From Eledone cirrhosa (lineage: Eukaryota): a DNA stretch of 64,000 nt. Where the stretch lies: NCBI GenBank assembly GCA_964016885.1, contig OZ024753.1, positions 34,596,001-34,660,000 of the forward strand, written 5' to 3'. Below are positions 26,969 through 40,843 of the stretch, piece by piece; positions within the stretch are counted from its first letter, which is position 1, and the number at the start of each line of letters is the position of its first letter. The translations under genes were made by a program, and so were the position numbers. The notes beneath the pieces were generated by a model. The model was not told the origin of the DNA, did not search any database, and was given only the letters and a program-made list of their open reading frames with translations.

Positions 26969-27050
26969 ACTGTTTCATTCGGGAGAAATCATCAGGGCTT
27001 CCTGATGATTTCTCCCAAATGAAACAGTTCTAGTCCTGTAGAAGACATTT
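26969..27050. repeat. Palindrome of two inverted hammerhead-like halves (related copy 46361-46488)
   Basis: ACTGTTTCATTCGGGAGAAATCATCAGG-gctt-CCTGATGATTTCTCCCAAATGAAACAGT, followed by TCTAGTCCTGTAGAAGACATTT. Confidence 0.8.
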
Positions 27051-27177
27051 ATATATATATGTGTGTATATATATAATATATATATAGAAGTGGTTACACA
27101 ACAGTTAGTTCACCATACCGAGAAAAATTGTTTCACCTTAGCGAATCCTCAGCTTGTAATGGGCATGGTTATACGGA

Positions 27178-27215
<38 letters not shown>

Positions 27216-27807
27216 GTGTGTGGGTAGGAGATGAATAGGTGTTGGTATATCATTCGTTCTTTACCATATGCGAGAGAGAGCTCAATATATTCAGTGTTTA
27301 TGGAAAAAATACTGAGCTTAATAATTTTAATTCAAGTTTAAAACCAAAGATGATACTTCAAATAAGTTTATTAACATCTACGCACGTTTCAATTAAAATT
27401 TCTTTAATGAAATATATACAAGGAAGATTAATCATTTTAAAAGGTATCTATATTTAAAGTTCTAGTTAAACTTTAATTAGTTACCTACCTAGCTGTGTGT
27501 GCTTACAAACTTTTACAAATTATTCCCTGTGATTGTTTCATATGTTTATTTTAGATATATATATATATGTCCAACGATTTCTAGTTGATATATATTTATA
27601 TCTGTATTTTTAACCGTTGGTCAATCAATGATAAACATTGATGGCCAAATAAATTAACTTATGGAGATATAAAAGATACAGAAGCGAAAACCAACCAAAC
27701 AGTGAGTGTGTTCTGTTATTATTTCTGGCAATATCATAACAATATGACCCTCCCCAAGTATAACAATATTTGTTTCGACATACGATTTCATATCAAAAAC
27801 CTTACAA

Positions 27808-27852
<45 letters not shown>

Positions 27853-28385
27853 ATATATATTTGCATATGTATATCATCTGCATATATATAACTATATATA
27901 TGTATATGGTCGACATACATACACAGGTACGTACGTACATATACATATATATATATATATATATAAATAAATACACACATATTTATATATGCACACAAAC
28001 ATACATTCATACCTCTCCCTCTTTCATGTGTGTGTGTGTGTGTTAGTTCGCTTTATCCCCACCTGGGTGTTGATCAAACAGATATATGATCAAAGATATT
28101 GCACAGCATTAGACATACAATGTGTCCTATTGAAATACAATTAGCATAAATAGCATTTTGTTGGCAGCTATCTAAATTAATTATTGATTTACTATGCATC
28201 TTGTTCTGGGCAACAGGAATTTACTAGCGTGTATATCTATTTTAGAAGTATAACTTATAATCAGTCTTTCCAGAGAGATCGAGTATACTGGACAAAGGTA
28301 ATATGTATCTGGAGACAATCTCCAGACTAATTTTTTCTCTTCTCTTTCTATTTTCTTTTCTTTTTTTTAATATTAAACGTTGATA

Positions 28386-28725
28386 GAGCGGTGGATTGGC
28401 AGTATCGGTGGAGCGTCGGACAACATGGTTTATGGCATAGAGTTACGGCCCTTTACGATCTGGATCTGAGTTCAAATCCTGCCGTGGTTGGCTTTACCTT
28501 TCATCCTTACGGGGTCGATAAAATAAAGTACCAGTAATGCACTGGAGGTCGATTAAGTCGAATTTCCTCTCCCCCCAAAAAATTGTTTGCCTTGTGCTTA
28601 TATCAAAAACAATTATTATTATTATCATCTTTCTTTGCCTTTCATCCTTACGGGGTCGATAAAATAAAGTACCAGTAATACACTGGGATAATTGCTGGCC
28701 TTGTGCCAAAAGTAGAAACAATTAT
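28386..28725 (+). mobile_element. SINE family A copy plus tandem partial copy
   Basis: GCGGTGGATTGGCAGTATCGG...GAGTTCAAATCC...; the central domain and tail are repeated at ~28634-28725. Confidence 0.82.
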
Positions 28726-28774
28726 TATCATCATTGTTATTATTGAACATTTAACACAGGCAATTGGTATATCA

Positions 28775-29930
28775 GAAACCAATAGTTGATGAAACCAATA
28801 GTTGATGAAACCAATAGTTGATGAAACCAAAAGTTGATGAAACCAATAGTTGATGAAACCAATAGTTGATGAAACCAATAGTTGATGAAACCAATAGTTG
28901 ATGAAACCAATAGTTGATGAAACCAATAGTTGATGAAACCAATAGTTGATGAAACCAATAGTTGATGAAACCAATAGTTGATGAAACCAAAAGTTGATGA
29001 AACCAATAGTTGATGAAACCAAAAGTTGATGAAACCAATAGTTGATGAAACCAATAGTTGATGAAACCAATAGTTGATGAAACCAAAAGTTGATGAAACC
29101 AATAGTTGATGAAACCAATAGTTGATGAAACCAATAGTTGATGAAACCAATAGTTGATGAAACCAAAAGTTGATGAAACCAATAGTTGATGAAACCAAAA
29201 GTTGATGAAACCAATAGTTGATGAAACCAATAGTTGATGAAACCAAAAGTTGATGAAACCAATAGTTGATGAAACCAATAGTTGATGAAACCAAAAGTTG
29301 ATGAAACCAATAGTTGATGAAACCAATAGTTGATGAAACCAAAAGTTGATGAAACCAATAGTTGATGAAACCAAAAGTTGATGAAACCAATAGTTGATGA
29401 AACCAATAGTTGATGAAACCAATAGTTGATGAAACCAATAGTTGATGAAACCAATAGTTGATGAAACCAATAGTTGATGAAACCAATAGTTGATGAAACC
29501 AAAAGTTGATGAAACCAATAGTTGATGAAACCAATAGTTGATGAAACCAATAGTTGATGAAACCAATAGTTGATGAAACCAATAGTTGATGAAACCAATA
29601 GTTGATGAAACCAATAGTTGATGAAACCAAAAGTTGATGAAACCAATAGTTGATGAAACCAATAGTTGATGAAACCAATAGTTGATGAAACCAATAGTTG
29701 ATGAAACCAAAAGTTGATGAAACCAATAGTTGATGAAACCAATAGTTGATGAAACCAATAGTTGATGAAACCAATAGTTGATGAAACCAATAGTTGATGA
29801 AACCAATAGTTGATGAAACCAATAGTTGATGAAACCAAAAGTTGATGAAACCAATAGTTGATGAAACCAATAGTTGATGAAACCAATAGTTGATGAAACC
29901 AATAGTTGATGAAACCAATAGTTGATGAAA
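28775..29930. repeat. 16-bp minisatellite (GAAACCAATAGTTGAT), ~72 copies, with a single T>A variant unit
   Basis: Directly visible; 1156 bp / 16 = ~72 units, no spacers. Confidence 0.97.
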
Positions 29931-30317
29931 TGCAATTTTCATTCTTTTATTGTAAATAAATAATTTGAATTGTCACCTCAAACCCAAATATATTTCACAT
30001 CTCTTTATCACCATAAAAAAGAAAAGGGATGTGCCTGTGACCAATTTCGTTCCTATTCGAGATTTTGTACACCTCCCTTTCAATCATCGAAGAAACTGTA
30101 TACATTATAATCACAAAACATTAAAACAATCAAATCTTAGTTTAATACAGCAATTAAATATATTAAACTAAGATTTGATTGTTTTATATTTTGTATCTCG
30201 GCTCTGTAATACATTTGATAATTTGCATTGAGCCTTTTCTCCTACCAGTAACTGGTTAGTACTTAGTACTACCCTCCATATTTATAAGTGTGTATAAAAG
30301 ATATATAAGTATAAATA

Positions 30318-30495
30318 TTTGGCAGAATTGGTAGAGGGTTGGACATGCTTTCCAGCATAGTTACGTCCCTTTACGATCTGAGTTCAAATCCCGCCAAGGT
30401 TAACTTTGCCTTTCATCCTTACGAGGTCGATAAAATAAAGTACCAGTAATGTACTGGGTATTTGCTGGCCTTGTGCCGAAAGTAGAAACAATTAT
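30318..30495 (+). mobile_element. SINE family A
   Basis: TTGGCAGAATTGGTAGAGGG...GAGTTCAAATCCCGCC...AGTAGAAACAATT. Confidence 0.85.
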
Positions 30496-30614
30496 TACTG
30501 TATTATAATCACTACATTTTATTCTACGTTGTATACTAGACGTGTGTAACCATATTTATGTATCATACAAACGTATTTCGTAAATATTTTCTGTACTTCT
30601 GTTTTGTTTTTCAG

Positions 30615-30711
30615 ACTGTCATCTGAAACACTATCACTATCACTCAATTGCCGCTTGTGTATGGATCAGTGCAGCTATATGGGCCTTCTTCCCACTATTT
30701 GGATGGGGCAG
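30615..30711 (+). CDS. RRH: Peropsin-like opsin, internal exon (end of ICL2 + TM4)
   Basis: Acceptor TTTTGTTTTTCAG and donor AG|GTATAT. Translates (x)CHLKHYHYHSIAACVWISAAIWAFFPLFGWG-R, the opsin TM4 W..PLFGWG motif. The phase-2 end joins the next exon in frame (AG+A = R of GWGRY). Not in the ORF track. Confidence 0.85.
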
Positions 30712-31555
30712 GTATATTAACTATATCAAATTTTAAATCGTAAAAGTTAGAAGCATCTATACATGGTTTGACTATGAAAACTATTTTGGCACCTAAACCC
30801 TGGAGACGGAAAATATTTGTACAGCAGTACTGAAGACGGAAAATATTTGTACCAAATCCTGGAAAGGGTTATCATATATATATATATATATATATATATT
30901 GCCAAACTACACCACAGTTGACACAATCATAATGATTCTGATGTCTGTGTTGACACTCTATGGGTTATTATATGAATTTCCATTTGAATTAATTCGTTTA
31001 TCTATTCATCTAAACATCCATCCATTAGTCTGTTGACTATTTGTTGAGCTAAGCATTAAGGTGATAAGGAAATACATGGAATGAACTCTATAGAAAATGA
31101 ACACAACCAAAAGTATCAGCGATGTTTGACTATAAAAAATAATCTAATAAGTTGGACATATAAATCCGGAAGGTGGAAAAAATGTCTACAGCAGTACAAA
31201 GATATTTTCCATCTCTAAGGTGTATATGTCCAAATTATTAAACTATTTTTCATAATCAAACAGCGTTGATGCTTTTAACTTTCAAATTAAAAAAAAAATT
31301 CTTATTGTTAGGTAATTCTTGTCTAAGTACCAAGTGATTAAACACCACTGATGATGGGTAAAGAATTCTGAAACATTAGTATTGAGCGTTCTCTCATGGC
31401 TACTTAGATAGCTGAGACATGATCACGGTTTAAAATATTCTTTGGGAGACGTATATATGTTTATTAAACATCGATATATAGCATGCTTTTACATACTCCT
31501 CTATTGTGGTTAAAATTTGGGTAGACACAGTTAGATTCTTTATATATTCTATATA

Positions 31556-32650
31556 ATGCAACCACAACCAACACTGCCACCATCACCACCACGATTTTCC
31601 ACCATAACCAACACAACCGCTGCCGCCACTGCAACCATCACCAACACCACCAATACTTCCGCCAAAACCACCATCAACACAACCGCTGCCACCAACACCA
31701 CCACCACCACCACCACCAATACTTCCGCCATAACCAACACCAACACCATAACCACCTCCACCACCATCACTGCGACCACCATCACCACTGCCACCACCAC
31801 CAACACCACCACCACCAATACTTCCGCCATAACCAACACCAACACCATAACCACCTCCACCACCATCACTGCGACCACCATCACCACTGCCACCACCACC
31901 AACACCACCACCACCAATACTTCCGCCATAACCAACACCATAACCACCTCCACCACCATCACTGCGACCACCATCACCACTGCCACCACCACCAACACCA
32001 CCACCACCAATACTTCCGCCATAACCAACACCAACACCACCACCATAACCACCTCCACCACCATCACTGCGACCACCATCACCACTGCCACCACCACCAA
32101 CACCACCACCACCAATACTTCCGCCATAACCAACACCAACACCATAACCACCTCCACCACCATCACTGCGACCACCATCACCACTGCCACCACCACCAAC
32201 ACCACCACCACCAATACTTCCGCCATAACCAACACCAACACCACCACCATAACCACCTCCACCACCATCACTGCGACCACCATCACCACTGCCACCACCA
32301 CCAACACCACCACCACCAATACTTCCGCCATAACCAACACCAACACCACCACCATAACCACCTCCACCACCATCACTGCGACCACCATCACCACTGCCAC
32401 CACCACCACCACCACCAATACTTCCGCCATAACCAACACCAACACCACCACCATAACCACCTCCACCACCATCACTGCGACCACCATCACCACTGCCACC
32501 ATCACCAACACCACCACCACCAACACTTCCGCCATAACCACCAACAACAACGCTACCATCACTACTGCCGCCACCACCAACACCACCACTGCCAACACCA
32601 CCAACACCACCAACACCACCACTGCTACTATCACTGATACAACCAACGTC
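31556..32650. repeat. (CAC/CAA)n-derived minisatellite with ~96-108-bp higher-order unit
   Basis: ACCAATACTTCCGCCATAACCAACACC...ATCACTGCGACCACCATCACCACTGCC repeats about 8 times; several frames are open only because of composition. Confidence 0.9.
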
Positions 32651-32794
32651 ATTAATAACCACAAAATCCACTGCTTTGATCTTTGATCTTCACCGTTTGT
32701 CAGTTGATCTCCCTAAGTTGTGTCATTATCGTTATTACTGTTGTGAGTGGATTGGAGGGTTTCACAGGAAATCGTTACTATAGGAAGAGGTTAT

Positions 32795-33790
32795 GGAGGC
32801 GGAGTGGGGGATAAGGAAGGACGGTGGGGTTGAGGAGACGAAGAGTGGTGGAGTTGGGGACAGGAAGGATGGTGGAGTTGGGGACAGGAAGGGTGGTGGG
32901 GTTGCGGACAGGAAGGGTGGTGGGGTTGCGGAAACGAAGGGTGGCGGAGTGGGGGATATGAAGGAAGCGGAGTGGGACAGGAAGGGCGGTGGAGTGAGAC
33001 ATGAAGGACGGTGGAGTGAGACAGGAAGAGCGGTGGAGGGAGACAGGAAGGGCTATGGAGTGGGGGGACCAACGCCGGTAGCGTGGGAGACCAAGAGCGG
33101 TGGAGTGGGGACAGGAAGAGCGGTGGAGTGAGACAGGAAGAGCGGCGGAGTGAGACAGGAAGAGCGGTGGAGTGAGACAGGAAGAGCGGCGGAGGGAGAC
33201 AGGAAGGGCGATGGAGTGGGGGGACCAACGCCGGTAGCGTGGGAGATCAAGAGCGGTGGAGTGGGGACAGGAAGAGCGGTGGAGTGGGACAGGAAGGGCG
33301 ATGGAGTGGGACAGGAAGGGCGATGGAGTGGGAGGACCAACGCCGGTAGCGTGGGAGACCAAGAGCGGTGGAGTGGGACAGGAAGAGCGGTGGAGTGGGG
33401 ACAGGAAGAGCGGTGGAGTGGGACAGGAAGAGCGGTGGAGTGGGGACAGGAAGAGCGGTGGAGTGAGACAGGAAGGGGCGGTGGAGTGAGACAGGAAGGG
33501 CGATGGAGTGGGGGGGGGGGGGGACCAACGCCGGTAGCGTGGGAGACCAAGAGCGGTGGAGTGGGGACAGGAAGAGCGGTGGAGTGGGACAGGAAGAGCG
33601 GTGGAGTGGGACAGGAAGAGCGGTGGAGTGGGACAGGAAGAGCAGTGGAGTGAGACAGGAAGGGCGATGGAGTGGGGGGGGACCAACGCCGGTAGCGTGG
33701 GAGACCAAGAGCGGTGGAGTGGGGACAGGAAGAGCGGTGGAGTGAGACAGGAAGGGGCGGTGGAGTGAGACAGGAAGGGGCGGTGACGTG
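32795..33790. repeat. G-rich minisatellite, ~22-23-bp unit GGAGTG(G/A)GACAGGAAGAGCGGT with a higher-order GGACCAACGCCGGTAGCGTGGGAGACC unit
   Basis: Directly visible; the higher-order unit occurs 5 times. Confidence 0.92.
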
Positions 33791-34072
33791 GGATAACAGA
33801 AAGCGACAAACTGTAACGGCACGATTTGATATCACGAACCACGTTTATTAATGGGACTGTCAAGTGGGTCGCCTATCATCTGTATTTAATAATATCGATT
33901 TATGTTATAAAGCAAAATTCCATGGGAAATTTAGATAGAGATCAAGTCATGTTGATGATGATGTTTGTTTGTTATTAATACTTAATAAATAAATGCAAGG
34001 GTTGTGGATTATCAGAGCTGGTAGAGTGTCGGACAAAATGCCACTACGAACAAGTACTGGGGTTAGGTTTAA

Positions 34073-34292
34073 CCCATTAGCATTTAAACCGGCAATATTC
34101 GGCCAGAATTCTCTCACTTTTTCTGTGTAAACTGGCCATAACCAGCTGCTCATACTGATGTTAAGGTATTGTTCTCAAAATAAATAATATCAAAATCTCA
34201 TAGATTCGATGTAATGCGAGATAATTATATGAGGTCAAGCCTTTACTGTGAAAAGATAGTAGTATATATAGAGTAATGTAAATGCTAAAGGG
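34073..34292. mobile_element. piggyBac-type MITE with TTAA target-site duplication
   Basis: TTAA|CCCATTAGCATTTA ... TAAATGCTAAAGGG|TTAA. A truncated second copy starts TTAA|CCCTTTAGCATTTA at 46922. It interrupts a degenerate SINE A copy. Confidence 0.82.
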
Positions 34293-34879
34293 TTAATTAG
34301 GTTTGTCCTTCCCCAAATTTACTGGCCCTGTGCTTACATTAGAAATCAATGTTTAATAAATGTATTCTTGGTTATGTTGTTTTCTTGTTAAAGTAACTCT
34401 GATTGAGCAGACTTATGATCAAAGGACATCGACTCGTGATTCTCCAGTATTTTTTATTGGGGGGGGGGGGGATAAATGATTATAAGGAATAATAATGGTT
34501 TCTTATATAGGCACAAGGCCAGCAATTTTGGAGAAGTCATTCTTGCACATTAAAGCCGAATTGGTTCAGCCATCTCGATAATTAGTATGCTATTGTCATC
34601 TTTATCAAAGAAAGCAAGAGATTGTGTTATCTGTCGTTAGTTTCTATGCCAAAGTTCTACATCATTTTCATTTTCTAAGATAAATGGAAGTTAATGAGTA
34701 CCATATAGTTATTTTTCTTGAAACAGTGGAAATTTGGTGGCTAGACTCATGCAGATCATACACGATATTGTGTCATTAGCATATTTTACCGAAGGATGGT
34801 GAACTGATTGAAACATATGAGCGTGGTACTATATACCTTGTCAATGATATTCACTCTATTCATTCGAGTACTTTACATT

Positions 34880-35653
34880 CTAGGTTCAAATCGTACCGAG
34901 GTTAAATTTGCTTTTCAGCGTTTCGGGGTCGATAAAATCAAGTGCCGGTCCATGGTGAAATTTTTAGTTTAGGCACAGGCCAGCAGTTTGAGGGGAAGGG
35001 AATGTCTATTAAATCGACACCAGTGTATTACTGGTACTTTATTTTATCGACCATGTAAGGACGAAAGGCAAAGCTAACCTTGGCGGGATTTGAATTCAGA
35101 ACGTAAAGGCTCTAACAAAGTTTCTAATTTAGGCACAGGCCAGCAGTTTGAGAGGATGGGAATGTCTATTAAATCAACCCCAATATATGACTAGTACTTT
35201 GCTTATTTACTAAACCCAGAAGGATTACAGAGAAGTTGATCATGGCAGGATTTGAACTGCAAAAGTGACGAGCCTAAACAAATACCGCAAAACATTTTGT
35301 CTGACACTCTAGTCATTCTGCCAACCTACAACCCAATAATAGTTTCTGTTTTAGACACAAGACCAGCACAGCCACAGGGCGTGGTTGGTACTTTATTTTA
35401 CCGACCCCGTAAAGATGAAAGGCAAAGCTAGTTATGTCGGGATTTGAAATCACCTACAACCCAATAAAAATAATTGCTTCTACTTTTGGCACAAGGCCAG
35501 TAATTATCCCAGTGCATTACTGGTACTTTATTTTATCGACCCCGAAATGATGAAAGGAAGAAGTACACCTCGGCGGGATTTGAACTCAGACCGCAAAGGG
35601 CCGTAACTCTATGCTGCTAAGTATGGCGTCCGAACCTCTACCGATACTGCCAA
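34880..35653. mobile_element. Cluster of SINE family A copies and fragments, mostly minus strand (best copy 35472-35653)
   Basis: Repeated GGCACA(A)GGCCAG...CTGGTACTTTATTTTATCGAC...GGCGGGATTTGAA blocks. Confidence 0.78.
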
Positions 35654-36640
35654 AGCAAATGCATTGTTATCGTTGTCTGTCCTTTCTCGCCACAGCTCCG
35701 TTCATGGATAGACAAGGGTGGGGCAGTCGGTCGCGGCACATCTGTACTATCCAAATCTCTTGAGAGTTTCTTACCACAACAAAGAGGCACATACGTTTTT
35801 AAATTTTCAAACATAACTACGAATTTCAATATTCTAAATTCTCTCTCGTTCTGCCATCTGTTTTCTCTGTGTTAACATAAAATAATTATTTCTAAATTAT
35901 CAGTAACACATAAGGCTCACTGAGGAAAGAAACATGACTTTGTGGTATTCATGCAATTCTCAGAGTCGTTAACAATAACGCATGTAAAGTGATTTGGTTA
36001 ACAAATAGAAATAAAAAGCTGGTTTCTAACAAACCGCAACTGGTTTAGCACATAACTTATGCACTTTCTACAGTAACATTCAGCAAATTTGGAAAGTATT
36101 CCTTGTTAATCTGACACCATCCCGGTTTACCGTCAATTAGACAGAAAGGAAACGAAATAAAACTATAAATAACAAGAAAAATAAGTTGAATGAGTTGAAT
36201 CCAATTGCTATAATTGGAAAAAACATTTTTTTCTTGAAACCTTTTTATCTAAGTTCTTCTCAATCAAACTGCGAAGGGAAAGATGAAATCACGTGAAAAT
36301 ATGGAATAGGAGATATAATTGCGAAAAGAATGAAAGAAATAAAACACACATTCAAAGCAAGCATCTCTAATATAACCAAACCAAGGTTTAGACACAAATT
36401 CTCGAGGGGTCGAGCGTGAGGGATATTCGTTATTTTCTATTTACATTAACGATTACTTCTTTAAAGAAATAATAGACATCTGATTTGTTATATATCAAAG
36501 TATAGAAACTGGGCATGAACATTTCCCAAACACATATTTTCTGTGTTTGAATTATTTGAAGTTGCACAACTTAAATTACAGAAAACACACATACTCACTC
36601 TCACATATATATATATATATATATATACATACATACATAC

Positions 36641-36712
36641 ATATATACACGTGTATATATAAAACAAATCTATCTATCTATCTCTGTATATTTATAGATA
36701 TCTTCCTATGTA

Positions 36713-36766
<54 letters not shown>

Positions 36767-36772
36767 ACATAT

Positions 36773-36806
<34 letters not shown>

Positions 36807-36880
36807 AATACATAGGAAGATATCTATAAATATACAGAGATAGATAGATAGATTTGTTTTATATATACACGTGTATATAT
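36641..36880. repeat. ~240-bp palindrome built from microsatellite-containing sequence
   Basis: ATATATACACGTGTATATATAAAACAAATCTATCTATC...CCTATGTATT(CT)n / (AG)n-CAATACATAGG...GATAGATAGATTTGTTTTATATATACACGTGTATATAT. Confidence 0.9.
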
Positions 36881-38660
36881 GTATATGAATATATATATAT
36901 GTGTATGTATATATATATATGCGTGCGTGCGTGTGTGTGTCCGTATCTATATAAAAAAGACACGCAATACACAAATTCACACATGTACACACACATTTAT
37001 ATATCTATATATTCTTTTCCTGGTTTCCTGGAGATGACATGTAGGTGTACGTCTACGACCAGGAGACCAAACCTCTGACGTCACGGCTGAAGCGTCCAAC
37101 ATCATATAGTTCTCAAAAGAACGTCAGTTGTGGAGCAAATCAAGATACTGCTGCCTGTTTCCTATGACTATTGAGGCGCTGTGCATCATAACTACTTCCC
37201 AGGAGGACAAGCAGTTACACAGGCAAACTATTAGGAAGTCCTCCGACGTATTCGTGATGCAGTTCGATGTAAGAGACCTCAAAACTGCCTCGCAACACTG
37301 CCAGTTGTATCATGACACCACCCGGACTCATTCGATGCAGCAGATCTAAAGTAATTTAATTCATTTGCCAGGCTCCCTATTGTGTATAGATGATTTTTGA
37401 GAGCCGAGAGAACATCATGCTGGCTACGATGGTGGAGCTGAGAGTCACTCCGGAATAAGCATTCCAATGGAAAGATCACTGAGATGAACGTATGGACGCA
37501 TAACGGGCTTGTGCATACTTCAAAATGGGGTTAGGTGTTAGGGGTTAGCAATTGATACCCCCAATGTATGGCCAATCCACCGCCCTAGAAACGAAAAAGA
37601 ACAAAGCTTTATTACTTTTCGTTTCTAGGGCAGTGTATTGGCTGAGTCATCCTGCGAAGGAATCGCGGAATCGCTTTGTCATTCATGTAGAAAAATGAAT
37701 CTCGATCTTTACTCAAATGTATCGCAATCTCATATTCTAATATTGCAACATTTAAAACATTTGCAACTGTTTCGGAGTCTACTCGAAATTTATTACAACT
37801 TCTATAAATAATAAAGATGCTAACACTTTAATTGATTCGAGTTGTCCAGAAATTTAAATTGCATCTATTTTACTATAAATATGAAATTGCCTATTAAATC
37901 TACATCTTCTATAATTATAATGGTTTCTACGACACACTATAAAGTAATTATAAGATTCACTATTTTTCAAGTTACTCTTGACGACAATTTTCATATTAGT
38001 ATTAAATGCTCAACAATTATTTCTGGAACAAGGTCATGTCTTTCCACATGAAATGTGGCAATTGAACATAACAGTACTTTAACACTCTCAACATTATGGA
38101 ATACAATAGAATTAGCCCTGGAGATTTCAATTCTCCACATATTCATGAGGAAGTCAGTTATTTCGGAAGATAACTTTAGCGACAGTTACTAACAGCATAT
38201 CACATGAAATGTTTCTTTCCTCAAGATTAATGGCCGGCTTTGCCTATTTCTTTTATATTATATATTTAACAATATCTGTTTCAATACACGTTTTCAGATA
38301 AGAAATCTCGCAAAACAAATTCAAAAACGAAATATATATATATGTATATATGTATGTATGTGTGTGTGTTATAAAAGTGAATTTTATCATGTGTATTTAG
38401 AATTGTTTGTCTCTACTTTGTTACGTGTATGTCGCCGTAGTTTCTTCAGATTATTTCATAAACGGATGTAGCTTAGTAATCAACTATTAAATTACAGGCG
38501 CCAATCTTTGAAATCGATCTAGAAAAAAAGCAAAGTATTTCATTTGTAATTTAATTTAACAGCTTTTCTATGATTCTTGATATATATCTTATAGTCATTT
38601 TGTTGACAACTTAGTTATTTATTATATATTTACTTGTTTGTTTGATTCTTCTGTTTATAG

Positions 38661-38877
38661 ATATTCTGAAGAAGCAGGTGGAATAGCGTGTGCAGTCGAC
38701 TGGGAATCACGTGACTACAGTATGTCTACATACATAACAACCATATTTGTTGTTTGTTTTCTAATTCCTCTCCTAATAATCTCCGTCTGCTATGCTCGGG
38801 TGTGTATGTTCATTCGAAAATTAGGACACGGCTCACAGGAGAATCCCGAGTGGACTAATCAAAAAGATGTAACAAAG
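38661..38877 (+). CDS. RRH: Peropsin-like opsin, internal exon (ECL2, TM5, ICL3)
   Basis: Acceptor TTCTTCTGTTTATAG and donor AAG|GTATTT. Translates YSEEAGGIACAVDW (E181 and C187 equivalents), TM5 FLIPLLIISVCYARV and EWTNQKDVTK, resembling the peropsin W..Q.DVTK motif. Confidence 0.9.
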
Positions 38878-40273
38878 GTATTTTTTTTATTTCTCTCTCT
38901 CTTTCATTTTCTTTTCTACTGTTTCTATATCGCTTTGCTATTATAGAAAATAAGTAGTGATAATAATATATATTGGTAGAAAGGTTTGGTAAAAAAAAGA
39001 ACGTACGTATGTATGTACGTATGTATATATGTATGTATATATGTATGTATATATGTATGTATTCACTATATTATATAAAACCCATGATAAAATGGCGTAC
39101 ACAAACAGAAGAGAGCACAAATCAGTGGAGTACTCAATGCATGCGGAAATACAGAGTGCGTATAGAGATAGGCATAATCCCAATAATAGGATTCTCTCTC
39201 TCTCTCCCTTTCTGTCTCTCTTTCCCTCTCAAGTAGATGTTGCCTCATAGACCCAGAGAACAGAATTTAAAAAAGTGTTACCCCAGAAAATATCAAAAGA
39301 GATGCACTGAAAGAGCCATTCAAACTCGCGTTGTTCATTTTTGCAAGTGGCCAACTTCGCCTGAATAGCAGTAAGTAGGGAGATGGTTTGAAGAACCCAG
39401 GAAAACAAGGATTTTAACCACTATAGGCCGGCAATTCGACAGCTTCCTTCTCCTTTTTTTCCCAATGATTCTCTCTCATTTTTTTGTCACAATTACTCCT
39501 TCTCTCTTCCTTCTACTTTTAACATGTTATATCATATCTTTCTCATCTCACATTCCCCTCGTTGATACATTTCACCATCTGTGATCTCACTCCTCATTAT
39601 ATCTCTAGGTTTTATCTAACTATTCTCTCTCCTGCTCTTCCCTCTTTTTCTGGTTAACATAAACAGGAGTGTGCTAATTTGTATAAATGTATCTTTATCA
39701 TTTCATCTAATTGTTTTTTTTTCTCCTGTTCTTTACCTCTTTGTATTTCTCTCTATCATTTTCCTCCTCCCACTTTCACTCTAAAAGAGGTAAATAATAT
39801 ATATATATATATATTATTATCACCTATAAACGATCGTAAAGCAGTGAAGTATATCTCTAATGACTTGATTTTTTATTTCATTGTTTTAACTTATATATAT
39901 ATATATAAATAAATATACGGTAGTATGCTGAATTGTATCTGTCGAGATTTAAGTAAATGTTTCCTTATCATTCCACCTGGGTTCCACATATCTATGGCTG
40001 TTAAAATGTTGTAAAGATATGTAATAGTATTATATAAAACAGGTGTACTTAGACGATAAGTTCTGTTTCATGTATTTGTACTGTGTTCCTGTGGCTTTGA
40101 TAAGTTGTTTTATTTTTAGAGATAATATTATAGATCACAGGTGGACTTGGAAGATAAGATTTTGCATCGAGATCTCTTTTCCAACAGTGACAAGCTTTGA
40201 ATCAAGGGAGGACCGGCTTCATGCTGTGAAGGTCCCTTTGCGAATGCATCATGATCAGTCATGTGTGTGTGTG

Positions 40274-40843
<570 letters not shown>

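Noticed and set aside
28648-29942. ~400-aa FHQLLVSSTIGFINYW-repeat ORFs, or a CRISPR-like array
   Set aside because: Pure 16-bp tandem repeat without unique spacers; all three minus frames give the same peptide; no cas genes; eukaryotic context.
31549-32686. Thr-rich mucin-like (+), Gly-rich (-) and Val-rich (-) ORFs
   Set aside because: Three frames are open because of CAC-repeat composition; no signal peptide or convincing splice context; located in an opsin intron.
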